From the NCBI GenBank assembly GCA_965218585.1, contig CBDCLE010000026.1, positions 256,001 to 320,000 of the forward strand: 64,000 nt of DNA. The letters run 5' to 3'. Source of the stretch: Terriglobia bacterium (GTDB taxonomy: Bacteria; Acidobacteriota; Terriglobia; 20CM-2-55-15). Numbering within the stretch: the stretch's first letter is position 1; the number at the start of each line of letters is the position of its first letter. Position numbers and translations under genes: made by a program. Below are positions 29,841-40,235 of this stretch, in pieces. The notes under the pieces were generated by a model. That model was not told where the DNA came from and did not search any database. It was given only the letters and a program-made list of their open reading frames with translations.

Positions 29841-30854
29841 TCAGATTTCGGAATGTTTCGCAGTGACAGGCTTGAGGCGACTCCACCCCACTAATTCGTT
29901 CGTCTCTTCATCCCACAGACGCAGGGAAAACGCTCTGAGGCTGGTCCATAGGGTGACGGGATGGGCCTTCAGGAACAGTGGATTCTCGTCGTAACACTTT
30001 TCCAGGAAATAGTTTGGAATGCGGGGACCGAGGTGATGGATGTGGTGGAAGCCGATATTGCCGGTGAACCACTGCAACACCTTCGGCAATTTATAGTAGG
30101 AGCTGCCTTCCAGGGCCGACTGCAGGTAATCCCAATCCTTGTGCCTCTCCCAGTAGACACCTTCGAATTGATGCTGGATGTAGAACATCCAGACCCCCAC
30201 CGAAGCACTGATCATGATGACCGGCAACTGAATCAGGATATATGCCTTGAAACCGATGACGGCACTGACCAGAACGGCAGACACGAGAATGGCGAGGTTG
30301 GTTCGATACACACTTTGCCGTTCTCGTCTGGAAGGTCGGCGCAGTGGAACCCTGTACGCGATCAGAAAGAGAAGGGCTGGTCCCACAACGAACAGAAAAA
30401 AGGGATTGCGGTACAACCGGTAAAACATCTTCTCCCGGGTCGAGGCATTCTGATATTCATCCACTGTCCATGTCCAGACATCACCAATGATGCGCCGATC
30501 GAGATCACCCGATGTCGCGTGGTGGATCGCGTGATCGTATCTCCAGTAGTGATAGGGCGTGAATGCCAATGCGCCCATCACCTCACCAAGAAAATCGCTG
30601 GCCCTCTGAGATTTGAAAAACGCACCGTGCCCGCAGTCGTGAAGAATGATGAAACAGCGAACAAGAAATCCGGCTGCAAACACGGCCAGACCCAGCGTAA
30701 GCAGATAAGACACTTCCAGGCTCCGGTACATCAAATACCAGAGAACGGCATAGGGGACGAGCGTGTTGACGACCTGCCACAGGCTTCGCCACAAAACCGG
30801 CTTTTCATAAGGCCCGACCGCGTTCCGCCACGCCAACTTGTCACTTTCCCTCAT
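29841..30854 (-). CDS. fatty-acid desaturase (Bacillus Des-like)
   Basis: HDCGH, HAIHH, HHIHH; RIPNY. Confidence 0.9.
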   Translation of the reverse strand: MRESDKLAWRNAVGPYEKPVLWRSLWQVVNTLVPYAVLWYLMYRSLEVSYLLTLGLAVFAAGFLVRCFIILHDCGHGAFFKSQRASDFLGEVMGALAFTPYHYWRYDHAIHHATSGDLDRRIIGDVWTWTVDEYQNASTREKMFYRLYRNPFFLFVVGPALLFLIAYRVPLRRPSRRERQSVYRTNLAILVSAVLVSAVIGFKAYILIQLPVIMISASVGVWMFYIQHQFEGVYWERHKDWDYLQSALEGSSYYKLPKVLQWFTGNIGFHHIHHLGPRIPNYFLEKCYDENPLFLKAHPVTLWTSLRAFSLRLWDEETNELVGWSRLKPVTAKHSEI

Positions 30855-31019
30855 ATCAGCAGTGCGTAGCTTACCACCCTCCGGGCTTACGGCAGTCTAA
30901 GGAACCTGCAGGAGAGGATCGAAATTCTGATAAGTCCATTTATGGGAGTGGGTTACAGGCAAGAAAAGCCTCACCTTCCGGCCGCGATCGTTGCTGTCAC
31001 CCAACTCTGAGCGCGTTGC

Positions 31020-33884
31020 CTATTCTGCACCGGCCACTAGCGCTACGTCACGGTCAACGAGTGCAGGAATCCCCAGTCCAACTGCCGAAAGGTGGGATAG
31101 CTGTGACCGTGCGTCCCCGACAACAACAAAAACCATCCGCCCCGGATCGACGTAGCGGTCAGCCAGTTCCTTTATCCGCTCGAGAGTTATTTCGCGCACG
31201 ATCTGTTCCCGCTGTCTCACGTAGTCCAGAGGCAGTCCAAGCGTACTGATGTTCTCAAGCATCCCGATCTTGGCGCCCAGTGTTTCAAATCTGCGCGAAT
31301 TGCTCCGGATCAAAAAGTTACGTGTGGCTTCCAGGTCGTCCGGAGTAAATCCGTCAGAATAGTCTCTGAGGATGTCTCTGATGAGTCCGACCGACTCGGG
31401 CGTGACATTAGAACGAACACTGGTGCTGACACTGAACGGGCCGGGAATGTTGCTTCCCGAAAAACGCGACGAGATGCCGTAGGTGTATCCCTTCTGCTCC
31501 CGGAGAACCTGATTGAGCCTGGAGATGAATGCGCCCCCGAGACGCTGATTCATAACCGTCGCAGGATAGAAGTCCGCCTCAGTCTGTGCCAACCCGAGTG
31601 CCCCAACACGAATCACCGACTGGCTGGCCCCGGGAAGGTCCACGAAGAGGATCTGCGACGGCTCTGGTTCGGTGATCGGTAACTCATAGTCCGGAAAAGG
31701 GACGGCACGAGCTGCCCAACCCTCACCAAGGCCCACAAGCGAGGAGATCACCTCGCCCTTCGTGATGTCCCCCACTACGTGGATGTTGGCTACCTCGGGC
31801 GACACGTTGCGCTCGTAATATTCCCGAAGGTCTTCGATGCTGATTGACTCAACCGAACCGATCGTGCCCAGGACGTTTCGGGAGAGGATGTGTCCGGATC
31901 CGTAGATCACTCGGTTGAAGACGTTGTTGGCGATCGCGGTAGGGTTCGCCGCCTGTTGCCTGAGTCGATTGATTATCCTCTGTTTGGCGAGGACGAACTG
32001 ATCCTCGTCCCAGCGCGGCTCCAGGAGAATCTCTTCAACCAGGGCCACGGTCTCTTCGTAGTTCCGGCGAAGCCCGCTTGCCGAAATCGTCAGGTTCTCC
32101 CGTCCTGCTGAAACGTTGATTCGAGAACCCAACGCGTCAATCGCCTCTTCCAGTTCCGTCGGTGTCCGATCGGCCGTTCCTTCCGTCATCATTTCGGCCA
32201 TCAGATTTGCAACGCCAACCTTGGACGGCTCATCCAACAGGAGTCCCCCACGCAAACGAATCGTGAACCGAACCAGAGGCAGTTCGTTGTGTTCGATGCC
32301 GTACACATCGCTGCCGTTCGCGAGGCGGTCCGTCCAAATCAGAGGAACCGACAGTGAGGGCGCTACTCCAAGGGGCGGTTCCACGGATCGATCGAACGAT
32401 GAGGCCGTCTTCGGGATGTCGGGCGATTCAGAAATAACCAACTCGGCCTCCCGACCTGTGACGATCGGTTCAGTGACCACGTCCGCTCGAACTGAATTCG
32501 CCAGGGCCAGACCCGCTTCTCCCTTAGGTACGAAGCTGGCCGCGACAAAGTGTTTGTCCCGAATGTAGGCCCGGTAAACCCTCTGAACATCCTCCCCTGT
32601 TACGGCCAGAAGCCGCCGGATGTCTTCGGCGATATATCCAGGTGAGTCCGCAAAAATGTTGTACTCGGCCAGAGCAAAAGCCTTACCCAGAAGGCTCGAT
32701 ACACTGTTGTAGCCACTGTAGAACTCGGTCTCTCGCACAGCCTTCACCCGATCCAGGTCGGCCTCGCTGAACCCTTCGTCCTCAAATCGTTCGAATGCGG
32801 TTTCAATCGACTGACGGACGTCATCGAGATCGGTTCCTTCGAAGCTTCGAACCGAAACAACAAACTGCCCGGCCAGTTCCGACATGTAGGTATACGCATC
32901 AACGTCCGGTGCGAGAGCCTCTTCGTCCACCAGGATCGTATACAACGGTGAGTCCCGCGTTTCGGCCAGAAGTGCCGCGAGAACCTCCAGAGGGTAGGCG
33001 TCCTTGTGGTATTCCTCCACCGTGGGCCAGGAGAGCGTGAGGTTCGGGACGCGCGCAAAGTTGTCTTCGTGGACCAGTCTCTTGCTCCCGGCCAGTTCTA
33101 CCGCCGGAGGCCCCTCTCGAGGGGCGACATCCGCCGGTTGAATCTCTCCGAAGTACTTCTCGATCCACTCCCTGGCCTGGGCCGAATCGAAATCACCTGT
33201 GACGACCAACGTTGCGTTGTTGGGCCCGTACCACGTTCGGTAGAACTGGCCCACGTCTTCGAGCGTAGCGTTATCCAGATCCTCGAGTGACCCTATGACC
33301 TGCCAGTGATAGGGATGCGAAGGGGGATACATATTCTGGTCGATGACGGTGAACGTGTGGCCGTAGGGCCGATTATCGTAGCTCTGACGCTTCTCGTTCT
33401 TGACGACCTGCTTTTCCTTGGCAAGAACTTCCTCGGTCACAGTATTTATGAAAAAACCCATCTTGTCCGATTCGGCCCAAAGGACCTTTTCGAGGGCCGC
33501 GCTCGGCACGACCTGGTAATAATTGGTCCTGTCCCTGTTGGTCGAACCGTTCAGCGTCCCGCCGACTTCGTCGATCAGAACGTCGAGGCCTCCTGGGCCG
33601 AGATTTTCGGAGTCGAGGAAGAGCAGATGCTCGAACAGGTGGGCAAACCCCGTCTTTCCCGGTCGTTCACGTGCCGACCCGACGTGATACGTCATCGCAA
33701 CGGCCACTATCGGATCTGATCGATCGACATGTAAAACCACCTCGAGCCCGTTCTCGAGGATGTACTTCTCGTATTCGAGGGAAAAAGCGCCGTCGTTTTC
33801 AAGAGACGCCGGCTGACATCCGGTCACGAAGAAAGCAAGCAGGGGCAGGCAAAAGCACATCGGAGTATAGCGATTACATCCCAT
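31020..33884 (-). CDS. M16 family zinc peptidase (pitrilysin-like), probable lipoprotein
   Basis: GFAHLFEHL, NGST, LREQKGYTY; lipobox VTGC. Confidence 0.92.
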   Translation of the reverse strand: MGCNRYTPMCFCLPLLAFFVTGCQPASLENDGAFSLEYEKYILENGLEVVLHVDRSDPIVAVAMTYHVGSARERPGKTGFAHLFEHLLFLDSENLGPGGLDVLIDEVGGTLNGSTNRDRTNYYQVVPSAALEKVLWAESDKMGFFINTVTEEVLAKEKQVVKNEKRQSYDNRPYGHTFTVIDQNMYPPSHPYHWQVIGSLEDLDNATLEDVGQFYRTWYGPNNATLVVTGDFDSAQAREWIEKYFGEIQPADVAPREGPPAVELAGSKRLVHEDNFARVPNLTLSWPTVEEYHKDAYPLEVLAALLAETRDSPLYTILVDEEALAPDVDAYTYMSELAGQFVVSVRSFEGTDLDDVRQSIETAFERFEDEGFSEADLDRVKAVRETEFYSGYNSVSSLLGKAFALAEYNIFADSPGYIAEDIRRLLAVTGEDVQRVYRAYIRDKHFVAASFVPKGEAGLALANSVRADVVTEPIVTGREAELVISESPDIPKTASSFDRSVEPPLGVAPSLSVPLIWTDRLANGSDVYGIEHNELPLVRFTIRLRGGLLLDEPSKVGVANLMAEMMTEGTADRTPTELEEAIDALGSRINVSAGRENLTISASGLRRNYEETVALVEEILLEPRWDEDQFVLAKQRIINRLRQQAANPTAIANNVFNRVIYGSGHILSRNVLGTIGSVESISIEDLREYYERNVSPEVANIHVVGDITKGEVISSLVGLGEGWAARAVPFPDYELPITEPEPSQILFVDLPGASQSVIRVGALGLAQTEADFYPATVMNQRLGGAFISRLNQVLREQKGYTYGISSRFSGSNIPGPFSVSTSVRSNVTPESVGLIRDILRDYSDGFTPDDLEATRNFLIRSNSRRFETLGAKIGMLENISTLGLPLDYVRQREQIVREITLERIKELADRYVDPGRMVFVVVGDARSQLSHLSAVGLGIPALVDRDVALVAGAE

Positions 33885-33966
33885 TACAATGGTGTATCAC
33901 AAACGCTTGCAGAAGATAAGCTCTCCGACCTTATGATGGGGGCTCGATTCGGGAGGAGACCGGGAA

Positions 33967-34689
33967 ATGCCATCACTACTCGTCACGGGGGCAAGCCGCG
34001 GCCTGGGCTTGGAACTCTGCAGGCAGTACTCCGAAGCGGGATGGCGTGTGTTCGCGTGCTGCCGCAGCCCAGCGAGCGCCCGTGGCCTACAGCCCCTGAT
34101 CGATGCTGGGGGTGGAAGCGTAACGGTCCACAGGATGGATGTGAATGATCCTGACGAAATCCGTGCCGTGGCCGAGGCGTTGGGTGGCCATCCCATCGAT
34201 ATCCTGATCAATAATGCTGGTGTTGCGGACGCCTATGGAACAGGTGTGTTCGAAGGTAAGGACGATCCCGACCTTGGAAACTACGATATGGATGAATGGC
34301 TCGAAATATTCAGAACTAATGTCGTGGGTGCGGGACGTGTGACCGGAGCCTTCGCCGACAACGTGGCCAAAAGCGATCGCAGACTCATCGTCATGATGGC
34401 CTCGGGGCTTTCCTCTATAGCGAATACCTGGCAAGGAGGCCGCTACGCCTATCGAACCAGCAAAGCGGCGCTCAACATGTTGATGCGCGGCGTAGGTGCC
34501 TGGCTGGAGCCGCGCGGGATCACAGTCGTGTCCGTCGCTCCAGGCTGGACCCGGACCCAACTCGGTGGACCAAACGCACACAACAGTGTCGAGGAGGCCA
34601 TCGCAGGCATACGAACGGTACTGGACGGGCTGGGTATTGAAGATACCGGCTCCTACTGGAACTTCGACGGAGAGCGTCTTCCCTGGTAG
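33967..34689 (+). CDS. SDR oxidoreductase (CsgA-like)
   Basis: TGASRGLG, NNAG, YRTSK, PGWTRT. Confidence 0.9.
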   Translation: MPSLLVTGASRGLGLELCRQYSEAGWRVFACCRSPASARGLQPLIDAGGGSVTVHRMDVNDPDEIRAVAEALGGHPIDILINNAGVADAYGTGVFEGKDDPDLGNYDMDEWLEIFRTNVVGAGRVTGAFADNVAKSDRRLIVMMASGLSSIANTWQGGRYAYRTSKAALNMLMRGVGAWLEPRGITVVSVAPGWTRTQLGGPNAHNSVEEAIAGIRTVLDGLGIEDTGSYWNFDGERLPW

Positions 34690-34762
34690 TCTTCCCTGAT
34701 AAACGACAAACTTGTCCTGCGCTTCATTGGCCGGCGGGGATCCTTTCATCCGATACCTGAAG

Positions 34763-35143
34763 TTACGAGGGGGCATCGGTGTAGGTATGGGTAATGATTT
34801 CCCAGCTATGACCGTTTGCATCCTGGAAGTAGAAACCTCTCCCCTGATGTAGGTGGTTGATTTTTCCGTCCTGGGAGAACGGACTGCTTCCGTAGGCGAC
34901 ATCTTCCTCTTTCACCCGATTCAAAATCGCGTCAAACTCTTCATCGGCTGCCAGAAAAGCGTAGTGATGAGGTCCAACCTTAGCGCAGTTGTCGAAATCC
35001 AACGTTAATATGTCGTCGATCTTGACCGGAGCGAAGTGCCCCCACGGTCCGTCGTAATGAAGCCCGAAAATCCGCGCTATAAACCGCGCCGACTCCTCCT
35101 TGTCGTACGCAGGAACGATTGTGTGGTCGAGGTGGAGCGCCAT
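34763..35143 (-). CDS. VOC/glyoxalase family protein
   Basis: LDHTIV, HYAF, GFYFQDANGHSWE. Confidence 0.88.
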   Translation of the reverse strand: MALHLDHTIVPAYDKEESARFIARIFGLHYDGPWGHFAPVKIDDILTLDFDNCAKVGPHHYAFLAADEEFDAILNRVKEEDVAYGSSPFSQDGKINHLHQGRGFYFQDANGHSWEIITHTYTDAPS

Positions 35144-35194
35144 ACTTTCCTCCTTCGCTTTTCGGTTAACTCGAACATGATCGACGAACTACTC

Positions 35195-35557
35195 TTACAT
35201 GGCCGCCAGCATCCGCTTTAACGCGACGGTCCTATAGCTTGCTACGACCAGGTCCTCGACCTCGACCCAGTCGATCTGGCCCTCCTCAGCATCCAGGCAG
35301 ACCCATCCATACTTTGCCACATAGGGAGCAGCGAAGAATCCAGGCTTTCCCAGAATTTCGGTTTGCTGTTGAGGTTCGGTTCGAAAGGCGATGCACCAAC
35401 GGCCATGATAGCGGTCAAGAACTGCGAACAGCTTCTTGCCTGCCACGAAGGTCGGATTACCCCATTTTATTGTTTCTGTGGCCTCTGGAAGTCGAAGACA
35501 GATCTTACGCAAGCGTCGTAGCAGATGTTCCTTCCCGGCTGGACTGGTTCCCTTCAT
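35195..35557 (-). CDS. MmcQ/YjbR family protein
   Basis: CLRLPEA, WGNPTF..GKKLFA, APY...GW. Confidence 0.85.
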   Translation of the reverse strand: MKGTSPAGKEHLLRRLRKICLRLPEATETIKWGNPTFVAGKKLFAVLDRYHGRWCIAFRTEPQQQTEILGKPGFFAAPYVAKYGWVCLDAEEGQIDWVEVEDLVVASYRTVALKRMLAAM

Positions 35558-35559
35558 TC

Positions 35560-36177
35560 CTACCTCTCGGCTGCGGTACCAGTATTCCCATCCTCCTTCA
35601 CCGCAATCTTCTCGTCCTTGACGTAGCTGATGCGCGGAGCCGGGCCGACACCACCGGGCACTCGGTACGAAAGGGCCACGATGCCACTTGCAGGCAGCGC
35701 CCTCTGGTCTACAAGCGTCAACTTCGTCGCAGCGCCTGGCGGAAGGAGTGGGACGCCGGCTCCAAGCAGCACAGGAATGACGGCAAGCTCTACCGTGTCG
35801 ACGAGGCCCTCGTCGAGGAGCGAGCGAAAGAGGACTCCCCCACCGAAGAGCCAGATGTCGCGGCCCGGCTCCGCCTTGAGCGAGGCCACATGTCCACGTA
35901 GATCATCGCCAATGATTCTGACACCCGGGTGCTCGGCGGCAGGAAGGGTCCGCGAGAACACGACGACGTCAAGACCGGACAACGCACCTTGCCCCCCCTG
36001 TGAGGCGACTACTTCATATGTCTTGCGCCCGATGACGGCCGTGTCGAATTCCTTCAACAGTGCGGCGAAGTCGATGGCCGGGTCCATCACGATCCAATCG
36101 TATTCCCCGTTGGGTCCCGCGATGAAGCCATCCAGGCTCACCGCCACTTGGTAGCGTAATCGTCTCGTCATGACCAA
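35560..36177 (-). CDS. dihydrofolate reductase-like (RibD C-terminal) protein
   Basis: AVSLDGFIA, GRKTYE, DIWLFGGG, PVLLGAG. Confidence 0.88.
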   Translation of the reverse strand: MVMTRRLRYQVAVSLDGFIAGPNGEYDWIVMDPAIDFAALLKEFDTAVIGRKTYEVVASQGGQGALSGLDVVVFSRTLPAAEHPGVRIIGDDLRGHVASLKAEPGRDIWLFGGGVLFRSLLDEGLVDTVELAVIPVLLGAGVPLLPPGAATKLTLVDQRALPASGIVALSYRVPGGVGPAPRISYVKDEKIAVKEDGNTGTAAER

Positions 36178-36208
36178 GCTCCATTTCGGGGGTCGATAAC
36201 TATCGCAC

Positions 36209-36640
36209 CTACGGCTCCCGCTGCCAGCTTGCGCGAATTCCAGCCGACTCCCCGCCAGGCACCCAGATCACCAGAGTCTTGGCTGGCTGATCTTCCGGAA
36301 CCTTGTGAACGACCTGGTCGCCGGCATGGACGAAGCCTGCCATCCCCGGTGTCAGGATGTGACTGGTGCCGTTGACTATGTGTTCGAGAACACCCTCGAC
36401 GACATAGAAGATCTCCAATGAGCCGTGCGCATGGGAGACCGATTCGGTTCCCGCCTGAAAGACCATCTCGCCGACTTCGATATCACTCGTTTCAAGATTG
36501 CTCTCGTCAAGCAGGACGCGCAGAACCGTGCCACCGGGGGCAACATACGTGGCACCGGGTGACGCAGACTGGGACAGTGCAGAGGAAGCCCAGAAAATCA
36601 GGGCGAGTGAAGATAGGATAGCGGTTGTTCGCTTTAGCAC
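36209..36640 (-). CDS. secreted cupin-domain protein
   Basis: Signal peptide; HAH...EIFYVVEG, VVH. Confidence 0.8.
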   Translation of the reverse strand: MLKRTTAILSSLALIFWASSALSQSASPGATYVAPGGTVLRVLLDESNLETSDIEVGEMVFQAGTESVSHAHGSLEIFYVVEGVLEHIVNGTSHILTPGMAGFVHAGDQVVHKVPEDQPAKTLVIWVPGGESAGIRASWQREP

Positions 36641-36904
36641 AATTGACTCCTTTGAAAAGCCCCGTAAATCTAACTACAGGTTGGATTTATCTTAAAGAAA
36701 AGTCTTGAGTCCGGACAAACGACATCGTCGGTAGTCGAAAATCGGTAAAGCTCATCGTGCACTAGACAGGACGAGATATTCAGAAAGTTACTGCGGCACG
36801 GAACAATTACGCCACCCTCTCCGTTAACTACTAACGAGTCGCGAAAGCTGAATGCAGCAATCGCACGTAGAAATAGCCAGAATAAGCACTTGAAGGGGGT
36901 TGCC

Positions 36905-37153
36905 ATGACAGTGATGACCGAGGACTCGACCGAAAAATCAACTTCGACGAAATACGACCTGGTACCGTTGAATCCGGAGTTGGCCTCACACTTGCCCGGG
37001 CTGGGCGAGGCCCTCCTTTCGGGCAGCTTGCTGCCTGACAGCAAGCGCAAGGGCTTCTTCGAGCTTCTCTCCGGGGTCGACTGGTTCTACGTTCACATCA
37101 GCCAGGCCACCAGTACGGTCTACCTCGTCGCCCACCGGATTTCATCGTTCTAG
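36905..37153 (+). CDS. small hypothetical protein
   Basis: RBS AAGGGGG then ATG; 82-aa ORF in an intergenic gap. Confidence 0.5.
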   Translation: MTVMTEDSTEKSTSTKYDLVPLNPELASHLPGLGEALLSGSLLPDSKRKGFFELLSGVDWFYVHISQATSTVYLVAHRISSF

Positions 37154-37184
37154 TACTTCCCGCAACGAATCGCCTGCCGCCCTC

Positions 37185-38717
37185 CTAAGGTGCCTCACCC
37201 AAGGCGGCCAGTGCCTCAAATTCTCCGCTTCCGCCATGCCCCCCGACAATGGTTTCGACGTCCAGTCCAAGGTCCGTTATCGATTCGAGCAAAGCAATCG
37301 CATCCGGCGTCGCCGCTGGAACTCCTGGCGTGTAGAGGTCGCTTTCGAACAGAATCCTCTGCTGCGGAAGATAGGCAATCACCATCGGCATAACATGGGG
37401 TGATTCCAGGGCGTGCAACGTCAGACTCTGGGAACCGTCGCTCAATTCATACTCCCCATCATAGGCTTCAATGCCACCGATGTTGTCAGCACGTCCCATA
37501 GTATTCACGACGGTGTGCAGCTCATCGGGCGTGTACCCGTGCCGGGCGTCGATGAGGTTCTGGACCGTCTCCCGGTGGCGCTCTTCGACAAGGACCGTAC
37601 TTCCGCTCGCCACGAACCTTCGGAGACCGCCAACGTGGTCGGGATGGGGATGCGTCACCACCACATACTCGATGGGCTTGAGCCGACCCAACTCGTTACC
37701 GATTTCGTCGATCAGGATCCTTGCCTGGCTGTCACTCCAGGGTGCTTCAACAACTACGATGTAGTCTGGGAACTCGATAACCAGGCTGTGGTGCGAAAAA
37801 CCGACGGCATGGTAGACACCGGCACTCAGACGGTTCAGTTCCAACGGAACGAAGTCCTGCCCTGTCGCGATCTCTGCATCTTCGGCCATCTCCTCGGGCA
37901 CCATGAAGTCCGCCTCGGGAAGGCTCTGGTTGGTTTCGATCGAGTCGTAGCTCATGTGCGCCACTTCGAGGCCGTCCTTTTGGACCCACATTTCGTGTGG
38001 CAGGAGCAGTCCGTCCACGTCTCGGTAGTCGTCGAAAATGTATGCCGTTTCGACGTCGCCAAGGTACGGATCGGTTTCAAACACCAGGTAACCCACCATG
38101 AGGTTCGTTTCGGGATCGAAGAAGAGCTCGGCCGTGCGACCCATGAGATCGATCTGGAACCGCAGGCAATCGATGCCGTTGAATTCCCTCTCAAGCACGA
38201 CCTGCATGGAACTCTCGGTGTCAACCGACGCCCGGAAGAGTACGGTAATGGGATCCCTTTGCGCTGCAAGCTGCGGCGTATGGTAAGGAGTCGCAAAACT
38301 GAGCAGAGCGCCTGGCGACACCACCGCACCCTGGTCATTGGCCATCTGGTAGCCAACCGTCAGGGCATCGGCTCCAGTTCCGTAGTCGGTCAGAAGTTCG
38401 CGCCGGTGCTGTTGGAATGCGCCGAACACAAAGTCATATTCGACCAATGTGCGGCCGTTTACGAAATCGATCGTTTCAGTATAGCTAGTCAACTCTGCCG
38501 ACGGTGTATCGGCGTCCGGTGTCGGCACCTGCCCGACCATCAGGCCGGTCCCGCTGCCACGCCGAACTATGGAGTTGACCGCCTCCAACTGCGCCTGGCC
38601 TCCCTGGGCCGCGATCGCGCTAGCAACAATCTCTTCGGCAGTCCCTGGGCCCGAGCAACCCACCAGTAGACTGATTCCAACCAATAAGACAAATAAGACA
38701 AAAGATCGAGTGGACAT
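37185..38717 (-). CDS. MBL-fold metallo-hydrolase lipoprotein with N-terminal beta-rich domain
   Basis: Lipobox LVGC; THPHPDHVGG, ESDL, GGHG. Confidence 0.85.
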   Translation of the reverse strand: MSTRSFVLFVLLVGISLLVGCSGPGTAEEIVASAIAAQGGQAQLEAVNSIVRRGSGTGLMVGQVPTPDADTPSAELTSYTETIDFVNGRTLVEYDFVFGAFQQHRRELLTDYGTGADALTVGYQMANDQGAVVSPGALLSFATPYHTPQLAAQRDPITVLFRASVDTESSMQVVLEREFNGIDCLRFQIDLMGRTAELFFDPETNLMVGYLVFETDPYLGDVETAYIFDDYRDVDGLLLPHEMWVQKDGLEVAHMSYDSIETNQSLPEADFMVPEEMAEDAEIATGQDFVPLELNRLSAGVYHAVGFSHHSLVIEFPDYIVVVEAPWSDSQARILIDEIGNELGRLKPIEYVVVTHPHPDHVGGLRRFVASGSTVLVEERHRETVQNLIDARHGYTPDELHTVVNTMGRADNIGGIEAYDGEYELSDGSQSLTLHALESPHVMPMVIAYLPQQRILFESDLYTPGVPAATPDAIALLESITDLGLDVETIVGGHGGSGEFEALAALGEAP

Positions 38718-39002
38718 GTCCCCTCCCCTTGCTTTCGCAATCGATTGTTTCGTTGAAAATCCCTCTCATTCAACTACAGGTGGGCGTTTCAGGCAAGAAA
38801 ACTGTCAATTTCTGGGACGGGATTCTGCTGCTCTTCCGGCACTCTGTCTCTCATCAGGTGAGGAGAAGAGGACGGGAATCTCCGCGTATTACTCGGGGCC
38901 CTGAACTGGAAAACCATAGCGGCGGCAGCCAGAGTCATTTCCCGTCAGGCAGGGAGCGACTAACCTGCCATCGGCCTTTTCCTTTCTCTGGGCGGAAAAC
39001 CT

Positions 39003-40016
39003 CTACTTGGCGCGGCCTCCGAAGCCCTCGGCCAGCATGGGAATCTTGTAGATCGTCTTCGAATTGTTTCGGACGTCCTCAGGGGTTTCGAATTCGCCTG
39101 TCCTGAACACATCGACAGCCAGACTCCCCACAATATAGAGGGTCTTTTTCTCCGGACCCGCAAAAGCGACGGTTATGGCACGGCGGGGCGTCTCGATGAT
39201 CCCCAGATGGTCTCCGCCGGAACTGAAAACATGAATGCCGTCCCTGACTGTCACGTAGAGCCGGCCCGCCGCATCGATCGCCATCCCATCGCCACCACCG
39301 GCCTCACCGAGCGAAGCGAAGTCGCGGCGGTTGCTCGTCGATCCGTCGGCCTCGACATCGAACGCCACGACGACTGTGCGGTTCGTCACGTACAGCGTCG
39401 CCCCGTCCGGACTGAGCATGATCCCGTTCGATCCGATTTCATCCCGACTCGCCACGGTGCTGACCTCACCATCACTATTAACGTAGTAGGCACCGCCCGA
39501 AGTGAAGTACGCGCCTCCCTTGCTGTCGGCGACAAGATCGTTGACACGTCCCAGGGAGTCGCCGTTTGGAAAACCATCTGTCATGACCTTTCGCTCGGGA
39601 GTAAGGACGGTGACTTTCGTGGGTTCCCCGCACCGTTCGGTCAGCCTCAGTCCCGGATCCGTACACGTCCGTTCAACGGCCCAGAGCCGACCCTCGGAGT
39701 CCATCGACAGGGACCCGGCGCCGAGGGTCCCTTCCATGTAAACCGAGGTGCTGTCGTCAGGGGCCAGCCTGCGCACCCTCCGCGGCTGTTCCTGGGCAAA
39801 CAGGAGGCTTCCGTCGGGCGCTCCCATGATGCCGTCGGCGTTGTCATAACCGTCCCAGACAAGATTCCACCGGGCGCCGGACGCGATCACACCTGGAATG
39901 GCCTCGATCGCCCACTCCCTCTCGCCCGGCATCAGTTCCTGTCCAGCCACCTCGCCCTGAACAAGGATGGAAGCAACAACACACGATAGGACGGTAAGCA
40001 CTGTGCTCGAATTCAT
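39003..40016 (-). CDS. SMP-30/gluconolactonase family protein
   Basis: VNDLV, NGIMLSPDG, DGMAIDAAGRLYV. Confidence 0.88.
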   Translation of the reverse strand: MNSSTVLTVLSCVVASILVQGEVAGQELMPGEREWAIEAIPGVIASGARWNLVWDGYDNADGIMGAPDGSLLFAQEQPRRVRRLAPDDSTSVYMEGTLGAGSLSMDSEGRLWAVERTCTDPGLRLTERCGEPTKVTVLTPERKVMTDGFPNGDSLGRVNDLVADSKGGAYFTSGGAYYVNSDGEVSTVASRDEIGSNGIMLSPDGATLYVTNRTVVVAFDVEADGSTSNRRDFASLGEAGGGDGMAIDAAGRLYVTVRDGIHVFSSGGDHLGIIETPRRAITVAFAGPEKKTLYIVGSLAVDVFRTGEFETPEDVRNNSKTIYKIPMLAEGFGGRAK

Positions 40017-40235
40017 AAACCTCTCCAGGCTCGTGGACTCGGGAAACGCTCAAGACGCTGCCCCAAGACGCGCAATGGACGACTTCGGGAAGAAGCTGAG
40101 TGCTCATGATCATCTTCGGAACCTGCAGCGTCAAGAGGTATTGACGTAGCTCCTGTCGAGGAAGCCCAGTTGGCCTTAGACAAACCGACGGCATGCGGTT
40201 AAACTTACTGAAGTCTTTGAATCTGCATACCTTGA

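Noticed and set aside
40129-40146. CGTCAA-N6-TTGACG palindrome between divergent genes
   Set aside because: Single short instance; may just be -35 boxes
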